NCBI GenBank assembly: GCA_964460215.1
Contig: CAYWQM010000014.1
Span: forward strand, 892 to 64,891
Source: an uncultured Lentisphaerales bacterium
Lineage (GTDB): Bacteria; Verrucomicrobiota; Lentisphaeria; JABSQK01; CAJWLW01
Direction: 5' to 3'
Length of the DNA stretch: 64,000 bases
Below the pieces are notes generated by a model. The model saw only the letters and a program-made list of their open reading frames with translations, was not told the DNA's origin and did no database searches. Every line of letters starts with the position of its first letter. Positions within the stretch are counted from its first letter, which is position 1. Shown in pieces: positions 18,894 through 28,714 of the stretch. Both the position numbers and the translations under genes were made by a program.

Positions 18894-20035
18894 TTTGCAC
18901 CTCCCGCAGGCTGGTTCAGTCGATCATATACACCTTCGACTGCCAGGCGGTCGGGGGTGGGGTCCTGCTGGTACGGTACAACATCGATCTTCATCTCGGC
19001 AATCTTGCGGGCGTATTCGCGCCAGACGATGCCGCGCCCGTCCGTGGCGTAGGCGCCGATTTCCTTGCGTAGGCCGTCGATCTCGTTCCGGTACTTGACG
19101 TTGAGGCCCTTCGCTTGGATCTCTGCCTCGCGCAGCAGTGCCGCAGCGGCATTCGTCCGTTCGATCTGATAAGCGTCCGCTGTTTTTTCACCCTTGATTC
19201 GAGCCTGTTCCGCGGCCAGCCTGGCCGACTCCAGGTCTCCGGTCAATTCCTGCTTGGCCACTTCCTTTTCGCGATTGACACTGGCCAGTTCCGTTTTCCG
19301 TGCGTTCGTGAGTTTCTCGCGCTGAGCCTTCAGCCGTTCGACTTCCTGGTTGGCCACTTTGCGTTCTTCAATCGCCTTTTCGTAGGCCGCATCAAACTTT
19401 GGCTTTGGACAGATCAACTGGACGATGAGAAGCCCGTGCGGTTGGAGCATGTCATTGAGGCGCCGCTGTGCAGTCTCGATGGCGACGCCGTACTTGGTCG
19501 GGTCGGTCACTTCCGCGACAGAGAAGCGGCCGAACTCGTCCCGCAACACCGACCGTGCCAGGCTACGGATCCAGAACTGCTTGAACTCCTCACCAGGGCC
19601 GGACTCGTTGAGTACGTGCCCGGCTTCGGCGGTCAGGATCTGGTACTGAATCTCGAGCGAGTCGAACCAGAAGTTGCTGCCGTCCATGGCGCGCACGGTC
19701 AGCTTTTGGACGCGGTTCGCGTCCAAATCATAGGAGCCTTCCATGACGAACTTGTTCGGGGTCTTGTCGAGAATGAAAATCTCCTGTACAATGGGCAGGT
19801 GAAACTTGATCCCCGGCTGGGTGATGATCTCCTGGTTCCCAGACAGATAGTTCACTTTGATTCCGACCTGCTCGGCGGAGATTTCCCGGTACATCCGCAG
19901 GTTGATCACCAGAAAGATCAGCCCGATAAAAATGATGAAAAAGGGGATGATCCGCCTCGCGCCATCAAGGTCAAGCTCAGGTGGTTTGAGTCGTTTAATG
20001 CTGATGTTGAGCCTCCGCAAATAATTTTCTGCCAA
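18890..20035 (-). CDS. SPFH/band-7 family protein (HflK/HflC-like), membrane-anchored; partner of the previous gene
   Basis: 381 aa with an N-terminal TM (IIPFFIIFIGLIFLVI), then an SPFH-like domain and a coiled-coil tail. Forms a tandem pair with 17799..18893. Confidence 0.8.
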   Translation of the reverse strand: MAENYLRRLNISIKRLKPPELDLDGARRIIPFFIIFIGLIFLVINLRMYREISAEQVGIKVNYLSGNQEIITQPGIKFHLPIVQEIFILDKTPNKFVMEGSYDLDANRVQKLTVRAMDGSNFWFDSLEIQYQILTAEAGHVLNESGPGEEFKQFWIRSLARSVLRDEFGRFSVAEVTDPTKYGVAIETAQRRLNDMLQPHGLLIVQLICPKPKFDAAYEKAIEERKVANQEVERLKAQREKLTNARKTELASVNREKEVAKQELTGDLESARLAAEQARIKGEKTADAYQIERTNAAAALLREAEIQAKGLNVKYRNEIDGLRKEIGAYATDGRGIVWREYARKIAEMKIDVVPYQQDPTPDRLAVEGVYDRLNQPAGGAK

Positions 20036-20323
20036 ACCTACACATTCTCTCAGATTGCAACGGGCCCTAACTTAGGGTCGCTTCCACCAATTGCCACAAC
20101 GTATGGTTGCATTGCGCCAAAAATATAGGCGACATTGACGTACCGATCAGCTGCAGCCACGACAGAAACCGGCGCGCGTGGAAATGTCTACGCACCTTTA
20201 TTCGCGGGACTTACAATGGTGGCGCCCAGGAATAGATCGAATACGGTTTTCCCGCGTAGTTGTATGGACGAAGACTGTGTTTTCCAGTGCCGGACCTTGT
20301 TCGCCATTCACTCGCGACGCGAA

Positions 20324-20914
20324 TCAGAGCGCGTCGCGGTCGGCCAGCGCCTTCAGTTCACCCAGGTCGCCGGCGCGTTCGGCCAGGGCTTCGGCTTCCC
20401 TGGCAGCCTCGGCATTGGCCTGGGCTTTTTCGATCTGATTGCGGATGGTGCTGTTGTAGTAGATAACGTATGCCGTGGCATTCTCGGCCGAGCTTACCGA
20501 AATCGAAATATCGGCAGTAGTCAACAGCTTGACGATCCCCGGATCAGTGAAGTATTTCTCGGCCAGCGTCTGCTGGATCAGTTTGATGCCGAGCGGGTCA
20601 GACTTTGCTGTCTTATCCTCACGCAAATCCATTGTCAAACGGACGTGGAAAAGCTGATCGTTGAGGAATTGATAGCGGATCTCCGTGATCGTGCCGTCGC
20701 CGGATGCAACATACTGGGCGTATCCACGCTTCTCCTTCACCAACTGTGCGCCTGGGACCACCATCTGCAGCTCAGCAGGGCTCTGTCCCCATTTTGTCTG
20801 ATCATAACCTTCAATGATTTTCGGTGGATCGACAATCGGTTCCGGGTCATCGACTTCCTGTGCATGAAGGGCAACGCAGCTGGAGAATAGGATGAGTGCG
20901 AGCATTCGGTTCAT
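20324..20914 (-). CDS. Secreted hypothetical protein of 196 aa with a signal peptide
   Basis: N-terminus MNRMLALILFSSCVALHAQ. No family recognised. It is the 3'-most gene of the secreted-protein cluster. Confidence 0.6.
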   Translation of the reverse strand: MNRMLALILFSSCVALHAQEVDDPEPIVDPPKIIEGYDQTKWGQSPAELQMVVPGAQLVKEKRGYAQYVASGDGTITEIRYQFLNDQLFHVRLTMDLREDKTAKSDPLGIKLIQQTLAEKYFTDPGIVKLLTTADISISVSSAENATAYVIYYNSTIRNQIEKAQANAEAAREAEALAERAGDLGELKALADRDAL

Positions 20915-21011
20915 GGCGATTATATCCTGTTTGGTTTTTTGGCACCAATAAAAAGCCCGGAAGCCAAAATATGACTTCCGGGCGTAGGAATTGAAATGTC
21001 TTCGCCAATTA

Positions 21012-23261
21012 TTACGGCGTCTTCGAGTCGATCAGCCCTTGGGTGTTGCTGAGCATGGATGCCAGGCAGTCCGCTTCGTCGCCGAACGTGCCGGGGCAGA
21101 CATTGACGCTGATCAGGGCGAGCTGGCCAAGCGTGTCGACGTAATTGGTAACCGCTGTAAAGTTGACCAGGTCCGTGCCCAGCGTACACACGGCGTTGAA
21201 GACGATCGCCTCGATGTCGTCGCAATTGACACAAGCCGTGCCGGGTCCCTGCGGCCCCTGCGGCCCCTGTGCGCCTGTGGCACCGTCGTTGCCGGTCGGG
21301 CCCTGCTCGCCCTGCGGGCCTGCCTCGCCTGCCGGGCCTGCCGGTCCCTGTTTGCCCTGCGGTCCCTGCTCGCCCTGTGAGCCCTGCGAGCCGCCGCCGG
21401 CCGTTTCCCATGACGCCAGACCATCACCATCGGAGGTCAGGACTTTACCTGCGCCGGGTTCGCCGCCGGTAATTTTTATCTGCCCGGCAACTTCAAGCTT
21501 GGCTCCCGGATTCGTTGTTCCAATGCCGACTTCGCCGTCTGACATGATACTGAGATGATGATTGTGACCGCCGCCACCCGACAAGCTTAGGAAGTTGTCT
21601 GATGCCGAGCTGCCCGCCGCGCCAAAGACCGCCGCGGTCGATTTCGCGTTGTTGTTGGCTTTGATCACGAAATCAAGCGGCACATTGTCACCGCCGCCGT
21701 TCGCCTCCAGCGTAAGAGCCCTGCTGTTGCTCAGTTTTTTGAGGTTGAGTCCGCCGCTGGGCAGCAGTACCATGTGAGTATCGACGGAGTTAACGGAGAA
21801 GACCAGTGAATTATCGCCCGCCGAGCTGCCGGCTGACCCGTAAATCCTGGCAGTGGAAGCCGCATTGTTGTTGGCCTTGATCACGAAATCAAGCGGCACA
21901 CTGTCACCGCCGCCGTTGGCCTCCAGCGTAAGAGCCCTGCTGCTGCTCAGTTTTTTGAGGTTGAGTCCGCCGCTGGGCAGCAGTTCCATGTGAGCATCGC
22001 CGTTGTTAGCGGAGAAGACCAGGTAGTTATCGCCAGCCGAGCTGCCGGCTGCCCCGTAAATCCTGGCAGTGGAAGCCGCATTGTTGTTGGCCTTGATCAC
22101 AAAATCAAGAGGCACATTGTCACCGCCGCCTTTCGCTCTGAGCACGACGGTCTGTGAATTTGTCAAATCGCCGGCAATCAGCGAACCACCGTCGCGAATC
22201 CAGTCGCCATCATCGCCGCCGCCGGCGCTGCCGATGGTGCCGGCATCGCGGGCGTGCACTGTGCCATCGGCGTCGACTACCAGGACACTGTCCAAGCTGT
22301 CGTCGGCCGGGATATTCCCCAACTGCACGTGCTGGGTGTTGGCAAGGACTCTGATCGCCGGACCACCGACACCGCCGCCCTGGCCGAACATAACCATGCT
22401 GCCCGCACCAGAGTTGCTGTAGCCAATGCCGCCGCGTCTGGAGCCGTCTTCCTCGAAGGTGATGATTTTGTTGTTGTCGCCTTCGAGAACCAGGGTGCCG
22501 GTGCTGTTGGAGATGCCGTTCTGCGAGACCACCAATCGGCCGGTCGAGTCATTGCTGCCACCGATCAGGGCATCGCCGTTGGCGACGTGGAAATCGGCCG
22601 CCGGATTGATTGTCCCGATACCGACCTCGCGATTATTGTTGATTGAAATATCCGGGCCGCCGACACCAGCGCCCTGGGCGAAGATCACGACCGCATCGGC
22701 TCCGGCATTATGGCCGATACCGCCGCGGCGGGTGCCGTCTTCGTGGAAGTTGATAAGCCGGTTGCCGTTGCCCTGCAGGATCAGCATCGGCTGCCCGGTA
22801 CCGCTGAGGCCGTCTTTCGAGAGCACCAGGCGCGGCACGAAATCGCCGAGCTCACCCGGATTGTCGCCGATCAGGACGTCTCCGCTGCCTTGTCCGTCGG
22901 CAAAATGATAATTGAACTGGTCATTGGGGTTGGCCGTACCGAAGCCGATCTGCCGTTCATAGCCGCCGCTGATCGAAATGTCGGCATCATTGATGCCACC
23001 TTGATTGGCGAAGAAATTCAGGCTGCCCGAACCAGAGTTGTTGTGACCAATACCGCCGCGGCGCGTTGAGCCTTCGACAAAATTGATCTGCCGGTTGTTG
23101 TTGCCGTGGATGAACAGAGCTGCATCGTTGTTGCCGGTCGCGCCATTCCGCTCGATCGTTACGGGGCTATCCCCACCGCCGAATGTTGTCTGACCATGGG
23201 CGGCAACGCCGATCAGGCTTGCTCCAATGAGTGTGACGATAAGTTGGGTAGTGCGATTCAT
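21012..23261 (-). CDS. Secreted repetitive fibre-like protein. It has N-terminal 90-100-aa repeats, three ~71-aa near-identical tandem repeats, a phage-tail-fibre-like motif, a collagen-like GXY tract (about 17 triplets) and a Cys-rich C-terminal tail of about 75 aa.
   Basis: 749 aa. Signal peptide [24 protein letters not shown]. The motif [24 protein letters not shown]…[16 protein letters not shown] resembles a tail-fibre-domain signature. Collagen tract [65 protein letters not shown] upstream. Confidence 0.8.
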   Translation of the reverse strand: MNRTTQLIVTLIGASLIGVAAHGQTTFGGGDSPVTIERNGATGNNDAALFIHGNNNRQINFVEGSTRRGGIGHNNSGSGSLNFFANQGGINDADISISGGYERQIGFGTANPNDQFNYHFADGQGSGDVLIGDNPGELGDFVPRLVLSKDGLSGTGQPMLILQGNGNRLINFHEDGTRRGGIGHNAGADAVVIFAQGAGVGGPDISINNNREVGIGTINPAADFHVANGDALIGGSNDSTGRLVVSQNGISNSTGTLVLEGDNNKIITFEEDGSRRGGIGYSNSGAGSMVMFGQGGGVGGPAIRVLANTQHVQLGNIPADDSLDSVLVVDADGTVHARDAGTIGSAGGGDDGDWIRDGGSLIAGDLTNSQTVVLRAKGGGDNVPLDFVIKANNNAASTARIYGAAGSSAGDNYLVFSANNGDAHMELLPSGGLNLKKLSSSRALTLEANGGGDSVPLDFVIKANNNAASTARIYGSAGSSAGDNSLVFSVNSVDTHMVLLPSGGLNLKKLSNSRALTLEANGGGDNVPLDFVIKANNNAKSTAAVFGAAGSSASDNFLSLSGGGGHNHHLSIMSDGEVGIGTTNPGAKLEVAGQIKITGGEPGAGKVLTSDGDGLASWETAGGGSQGSQGEQGPQGKQGPAGPAGEAGPQGEQGPTGNDGATGAQGPQGPQGPGTACVNCDDIEAIVFNAVCTLGTDLVNFTAVTNYVDTLGQLALISVNVCPGTFGDEADCLASMLSNTQGLIDSKTP
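21240..21401 (-). repeat. Collagen-like Gly-X-Y triplet tract (coding) inside the fibre-like gene
   Basis: Residues about 621-674 of the protein give an uninterrupted G-X-Y periodicity, rich in Gln/Pro/Glu. Confidence 0.8.
21569..22130 (-). repeat. Near-identical tandem coding repeats (about 213-216 nt per unit, 2.6 copies) inside the fibre-like gene
   Basis: Protein repeats GGGD(N/S)[21 protein letters not shown](A/S)AGSSAGDN…[13 protein letters not shown](S/N)SRALTLEAN. The DNA copies are visibly near-identical, e.g. ccgcattgttgttggccttgatcac(g/a)aaatcaag(c/a)ggcaca(c/t)tgtcaccgccgcc occurs three times. Confidence 0.85.
22332..23099 (-). repeat. Three degenerate ~100-aa coding repeats (N[RK][LQI]I[NT]F.E(D)G[ST]RRGGIG[HY]…) in the N-terminal half of the fibre-like gene
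   Basis: Seen in the translation at residues about 55-160, 165-260 and 262-345. Confidence 0.7.
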
Positions 23262-23310
23262 GACGATCTTTACCTTTTCTAGTTGTTTAGTTGTGTGGAT
23301 TTCAAACAGA

Positions 23311-23334
23311 CAAAAATCCCCGAAAAACCCGGGG
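23311..23334 (-). terminator. Candidate minus-strand hairpin (CCCCG-loop-CGGGG) followed by a T-run, lying between the ubiquitin-like gene and the fibre gene
   Basis: On the minus strand the sequence reads CCCCGGGTTTTTCGGGGATTTTTGT. It is about 370 nt downstream of the ubiquitin-gene stop and about 50 nt upstream of the fibre-gene start. Weak. Confidence 0.35.
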
Positions 23335-23705
23335 TCTGCTGTCAGTCACCGCGTTGCGGCAATACCGACAATCGTGGTTTCACGGCTCAGTTATTCCTAT
23401 GGTATAAGAAATTCCCCGACAGATTGCAACCCCTTTCCTAAAAATGTTCCACTTAGCCGGAGGCGGGCGTCGTCGTCGATCAGACCGGGTGAGGTCGACG
23501 GCAAATGGCCAGGGGGATCCCTTTGGCGCCGCTTGGGATCAACTGTAGGTGGCGCCTGTTCAATCAAAGAGTCCGTGGACCTTCGTGAAGCGGGAGATAT
23601 CGCCGGGATCACCGTTGTCGAGGTGGACCGGTCGTCAGAATATCGTGACCGTCGAACCGCTGCCGATGTCGCGAATGTCGGGGCCGACCGAGTCGTTCAG
23701 GTTGA

Positions 23706-24224
<519 letters not shown>

Positions 24225-24387
24225 TTATTGTCGGCAGAAAAAAAATCCTGCTGATTTTTTTGAATCCAGAGGCGTAGTCTTACCCCCCATTTTCCAGTAT
24301 CCACCTTATTGTAGAAAACTCCCCAAATTATTGCAAGCTTTTTTGGGTATGGCGCTTCCTTCCCATAATATCGACGCGTTCGATCCG

Positions 24388-24443
24388 AAGATATATATAT
24401 ATCATAACTATCTATATATAAACATTTTAAGATTCTCATAAAT
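24388..24443. other. Strongly AT-rich tract with an (AT)6 microsatellite plus a second TATATATA, in the 556-nt divergent intergenic region between the ubiquitin-like gene and the acyl-CoA synthetase gene
   Basis: Sequence gaagATATATATATATcataactatcTATATATAaacattttaagattctcataaa, in a genome that is otherwise >60% GC by eye. Probably promoter/UP-element DNA or a horizontally acquired remnant. Confidence 0.6.
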
Positions 24444-24763
24444 GGGGTGTTGGGTTTGTGGCAAGATCATTTTTCACTGGGTTTTCCCGGATAGCTGTAA
24501 TGTGAATAATGCAATGCCCTCCCGCGTTGATTTCGTCTTCCTTGCCGACACCCCATCTGCAGAAGCTGATGCCGGGCAGCATCGCTATCATGTAGGCATC
24601 GGATACGGCTGGCGAGGCCGGCTGCGCCTGCGGACGCTCCATCCAATATGTCCATCGCAAAAAAGACGAGATCACTGGTGCCCGCTGGTCAGGCCGGTCA
24701 CCTGTGCGCTGTTATTCGCGACGCTCGTCGGTTACTTTTCCCAGGCTCATGGAGACCTGACCG

Positions 24764-26278
24764 ATGAACCTGATTGAAACTTTTCAGCCCAGTCTGCGCG
24801 GCAGGGCCGACAAGCCGGCGCTTTGGTTCGGTGACCGGTGGTATACGTTCGGCGAGCTTGATCGCCAGTCCGATGCCGTGGCTCACGCGTTGGTCAACGA
24901 CTATGGTGTCGGCCGGGGCGATCGGGTGTCGATGTTTCTCGGGAACTGCCCGGAGTTGATCGTCTTTTATCTGGCCGGCCTCAAGACCGGCGCCATTGTG
25001 GTGCCGATAAATATTCTCTATCGCGACCGGGAGCTGACGCATCTGCTCACCGATGCTGAACCGCGGGTGCTTTTATGCGATCCCCAGCGGTTTGAGGTGC
25101 TGGCGCCATTGCGCCATCAATTCGATGCTCTCGAGCAGATCTTTGTCACCGGGGCCGATACGCCGGCGACGACGCGGGGGTTCGGTGAGTTGACTGAATC
25201 CGTTCCCGATACGCCATTGTCCGTTGCGGGGATCACCGCCGATGATCCGGCGCTGATGATCTACACCTCCGGCACTACCGGACGTTCCAAAGGCGCCCTG
25301 CTGACGCACCACAACCTGGTCTCGAACATTGTTACGCTGCTGCAGTGTTGGCAGTGGACTGCCGCCGATCGTTTCCTGCTGGCGCTGCCGATGTTCCATA
25401 TTCACGGCCTCGGCAACGGGCTGCACGGTGCGCTGGCATCCGGCTGCACGACCTTTTTGCTACCGCGGTTTCACGCGGATACAGCGTCTGAGCTGCTGAG
25501 GCGCGAGAAGTGCACGCTTTTCTTCGGCGTGCCGACGATGTATGAACGCCTGCTGGAGCATGCAGACGCCGATGGCGCGGTGCCGGCGGACATGCGGTTG
25601 TACGTGTCCGGCTCGGCGCCGCTGTCCCCCGACACCTTTGCCCGTTTCAAGACGGTGTTCGGCCACGAGATCCTGGAGCGGTACGGCATGTCGGAGACCG
25701 CGATGATCACTTCCAACCTCTATGCCGGGCCGCGGGTCCAGGGTTCAGTCGGCAAGCCGCTGCCGGGTGTGTCCGTGCGCATCGTCGACGAAGCGGGCGT
25801 GTCGGTTGCCGGTGACGAAACGGGTGAGATCCAGTTGCGCGGGCCGAACGTGCTCAAGGAATACTGGCGCCAGCCCGAGAAGACGGCCGAGGCGTTCCAG
25901 GACGGTTGGTTTCGCACCGGCGACTTGGGGCGCTACGATGCGCAGGAGAACATCATTATTTGCGGCCGAGCCAAAGAGCTCATCATCTCCGGCGGCTTCA
26001 ACATCTACCCGCAGGAGATCATCAACTGCTTAGTCGACCACGCCGGTGTCGTCGAGGCCGCCGTCATCGGTGTGCCGGATCAGCGGCGCGGCGAGCTGCC
26101 GAAAGCCTATGTAGTAGCCGCCGAGCCGGTGCCGACCGAGGCGGAGTTGACAGCCTACTGCACGGCGCAGCTGGCCAGCTTCAAGGTGCCGAAGCGGATC
26201 GTTTTTCTAGACGCCCTGCCGCGTAATGCGATGGGAAAACTGCAGCTGCAAAACCTGCCGGAGCGCGATTGCATCTGA
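24764..26278 (+). CDS. AMP-dependent synthetase/ligase (acyl-CoA synthetase, ANL superfamily)
   Basis: 504 aa with an AMP-binding motif (YTSGTTGRSKGA) and A-domain core blocks (GYGMSET, GWFRTGDLG, K at PKxxxGK). GGAGAC RBS upstream. Confidence 0.9.
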   Translation: MNLIETFQPSLRGRADKPALWFGDRWYTFGELDRQSDAVAHALVNDYGVGRGDRVSMFLGNCPELIVFYLAGLKTGAIVVPINILYRDRELTHLLTDAEPRVLLCDPQRFEVLAPLRHQFDALEQIFVTGADTPATTRGFGELTESVPDTPLSVAGITADDPALMIYTSGTTGRSKGALLTHHNLVSNIVTLLQCWQWTAADRFLLALPMFHIHGLGNGLHGALASGCTTFLLPRFHADTASELLRREKCTLFFGVPTMYERLLEHADADGAVPADMRLYVSGSAPLSPDTFARFKTVFGHEILERYGMSETAMITSNLYAGPRVQGSVGKPLPGVSVRIVDEAGVSVAGDETGEIQLRGPNVLKEYWRQPEKTAEAFQDGWFRTGDLGRYDAQENIIICGRAKELIISGGFNIYPQEIINCLVDHAGVVEAAVIGVPDQRRGELPKAYVVAAEPVPTEAELTAYCTAQLASFKVPKRIVFLDALPRNAMGKLQLQNLPERDCI

Positions 26279-26472
26279 GTGGGCTTATACAGTCCGAGCA
26301 GCGGGACGCCGCGCCATCATCCTACCCGGCGGCTTCGACAACGTCCCGCCTCTGGTGCAATCCCCGCCTCAACGCACGTTGCTGAATTGCTGGTGACCAG
26401 TCGCCTGATCGATGCCGTCCAGGGCCTGGAAGGAGGAAGGGAGAAGGAATTCCCATCTGAGGCCACGATTAT

Positions 26473-26706
26473 TTGACTCCCAAAGTTGAGCGCTTAGCCT
26501 TACCAGAGGTTCAGCCCGACCGGATATCGAGCCGACTGGCCGAGCTCGGGTTCGATTTGGAAATTCCGATCCTGGACCTTTTGCCGGGGCTGCAGCAACT
26601 TGACACAGACAGCCTGTACCATCAGAGGGACGGACATTGGACACCGGCCGGCAATGAGGCTGCAGCTGCCATTATCACGCCATTCATTCACTCGCTGACA
26701 CCGTGA
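26473..26706 (+). pseudogene. Orphan fragment resembling the catalytic D-x-H block of an SGNH/AlgX-AlgJ-type hydrolase. Probable gene remnant.
   Basis: The 77-aa ORF has a TTG start and ends …YHQRDGHWTPAGNEAAAAIITPFI, a D-G-H-W / H-x-x-x-G-x-x-A pattern typical of SGNH block V or the AlgJ DxHW motif. It lacks the N-terminal Ser/Gly/Asn blocks. A 34-codon signal-anchor-like mini-ORF (GTG 26703: MKKQTKRRLKISAIVVTAAGAVVIATALALILPH) follows, out of order. The surrounding 800 nt has no intact gene. Confidence 0.3.
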
Positions 26707-27074
26707 AGAAACAGACCAAGCGTCGTCTGAAGATATCTGCGATAGTAGTGACCGCTGCGGGAGCCGTGGTTATTGCCACCGCGCTCGCGCTCATTCTGCC
26801 GCATTGACCGAGGCCCAGGCCTGTGCCGTCGCGGCAAGGCGCACGTAATATTCTGTCATGCCAGGCCCGCCCCGAATGGCACTATGACAAGGGTTGGGAA
26901 AAGATGGAAGAAACAGTGCCAAGTGGCGTTCGTCTGGTGCCGCGCTGAAGGCTCGCCAGTAGTCGCCCGGGATAAATGCCGCCGCCAATTGCCAACCCCT
27001 TGACGTCGGGTCCGCGCACTGCGATACTGTTATCTCGATTCATCCTTCCCAACCAAGAACCCGGAACCTTTCTT

Positions 27075-28355
27075 ATGAACTGGCAAGCAGGCATTGGACG
27101 ACGCATCATCACGCCGGAGACGCCGGTATGGCTGGCGGGATACAGCACGAAACGTGCACCGGACGGCAAACTCCACGATCTCTGGGTCAAAGTGCTGGCA
27201 CTTGAAGCACCGGACGGCAGCCGCGCTGTCCTGGTCACGACCGATCACATGGGCATGACGACGGCGATTTCCGACGGCCTGTACGCCGAAGTCAACCGCC
27301 GCTTCGGTATCGAGCGCTCGGCGTTTATGGTGACCTTCTCCCACAACCACTGCGGGCCGGTACTCGAAAACGACCTCTTCGACTACTACCCGTTCGACGA
27401 CGAACAGATACGTTTGGTCGCCGAGTACACCGACTGGATGTCGCAGCGCATCGTCGACGCCACAGCGGATGCAATCACCAGTCTGCAGCCGGCCGAGCTC
27501 GCAACCGGCGAAGGCACATGCACGTTCGCCGTCAACCGCCGGGAGAACAAAGAAGAAGAGGTCGCCGTCGGCAAGCCGCTCAAAGGTGTCGTCGATCATT
27601 ACGCGCCCGTATTGACGATCAAGGACGGGGCGGGCGGGCTCATGGGTATCCTGTTTGGCTATGCCTGCCATCCGACGACGCTGAGCTTCTGCACCTGGTG
27701 TGGTGACTATCCCGGGTTCGCTCAATTAGAGCTGGAAGCCGCACATCCCGGCGCTACCGCGATGTTTTTCAATGCCTGCGGTGCCGACATGAATCCCATC
27801 CCGCGGCGTACCGTTGGGTTGTGCGAGAAATACGGCCACATGCTCGCCGAAGCTGTTGAGGACGTGCTGGCAGGGCCGCTGCAACCGCTCTCTGCCGGCC
27901 TTGGCTCAGCATTCGAGTTCGTCGATCTCGACTACGACGAGATGGTCACGCGCGAGACGCTGCTGCCCATCCTTGACCACGAGTCGCAGCTAAAGGTGCG
28001 GTGGGCAAAGCGCATGCTGAAGTTGATCGACGACGGCGTCGAGTTCCCGACTTCATACCCGTACCCGGTGCAGGCGTGGCGCCTCGGCGAATTGCTGTTG
28101 ATCGGCCTCGGCGGCGAAGCCGTCGTCGACTACAGTCTGCATTTCAAGAAGGCGTTCGGTCCCGGGACCTGGGTGTGCGGCTATGCCAACGACATGGCGG
28201 CGTACATCCCGTCACGCCGTGTCTGGGAAGAGGGTGGCTACGAAGGAGGCCCTCACCTCGACGAATACGGTCGCCCGGCCTGGCGTTGGGCCGGCGATAT
28301 CGAAGACCGGATCGCTGCCACCGTGTTGCAGGTCGTGACCAGCGTACGAAAGTAG
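27075..28355 (+). CDS. Hydrolase resembling neutral/alkaline (non-lysosomal) ceramidase
   Basis: N-terminal pattern GRRIITPETPVWLAGY…LWVKVLALEAPDGSRAVLVTTDHMG…FSHNHCGPV matches the ceramidase N-domain consensus (ITP…LAGY…A+ALvL…D…THTHsGP). Start placed at ATG 27075 (MNWQAG…); the longer track ORF has a non-protein-like 33-aa extension. Confidence 0.65.
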   Translation: MNWQAGIGRRIITPETPVWLAGYSTKRAPDGKLHDLWVKVLALEAPDGSRAVLVTTDHMGMTTAISDGLYAEVNRRFGIERSAFMVTFSHNHCGPVLENDLFDYYPFDDEQIRLVAEYTDWMSQRIVDATADAITSLQPAELATGEGTCTFAVNRRENKEEEVAVGKPLKGVVDHYAPVLTIKDGAGGLMGILFGYACHPTTLSFCTWCGDYPGFAQLELEAAHPGATAMFFNACGADMNPIPRRTVGLCEKYGHMLAEAVEDVLAGPLQPLSAGLGSAFEFVDLDYDEMVTRETLLPILDHESQLKVRWAKRMLKLIDDGVEFPTSYPYPVQAWRLGELLLIGLGGEAVVDYSLHFKKAFGPGTWVCGYANDMAAYIPSRRVWEEGGYEGGPHLDEYGRPAWRWAGDIEDRIAATVLQVVTSVRK

Positions 28356-28714
28356 AACGGAACTTTGTGTCCGTTCGTTCCGTCACCGACCACTTCCTCG
28401 CCGAGTCGATCGAAGTGGCGTCGAAGCGACGTGCGTTTTCACTCTGATGGGATTCTACGGCGATTGTCCGGGTGCGAATGAACGCCTTTTGGCGGAAGTG
28501 AGAAAGCATCCGGAGCGGCGCATCCCGTTCGTAACTGTAGACCCGAAACTCGATCAGTCAGCAGTGGAAGAACTCGAACGTTGCCTGGCCGACTACGTCC
28601 ATGCAGCAGCAGGCCTGATCAAAACGCAACCCAACCTTTATGCTTGTACATGCGTTCCACGCGCCGGGGATTTTCGCTATCTCGTAAAGATGGGCGGAGC
28701 CGACAATTCCGGCC

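Noticed and set aside
19115-20128. 337-aa plus-strand ORF antisense to the SPFH gene
   Set aside because: It overlaps the SPFH-domain gene, which has clear TM/SPFH/coiled-coil features. The antisense product is low-complexity.
20135-20890. 251-aa plus-strand ORF overlapping the 196-aa secreted-protein gene
   Set aside because: The minus-strand ORF has a clean signal peptide and compact spacing. The plus-strand product is Arg/Ala/Gly-rich without features.
21569-22130. Tandem repeats considered as a possible CRISPR array or VNTR outside genes
   Set aside because: The repeats are about 215 nt long, in frame and coding (inside the fibre-like protein), and have no spacer structure. No cas genes are in the window.
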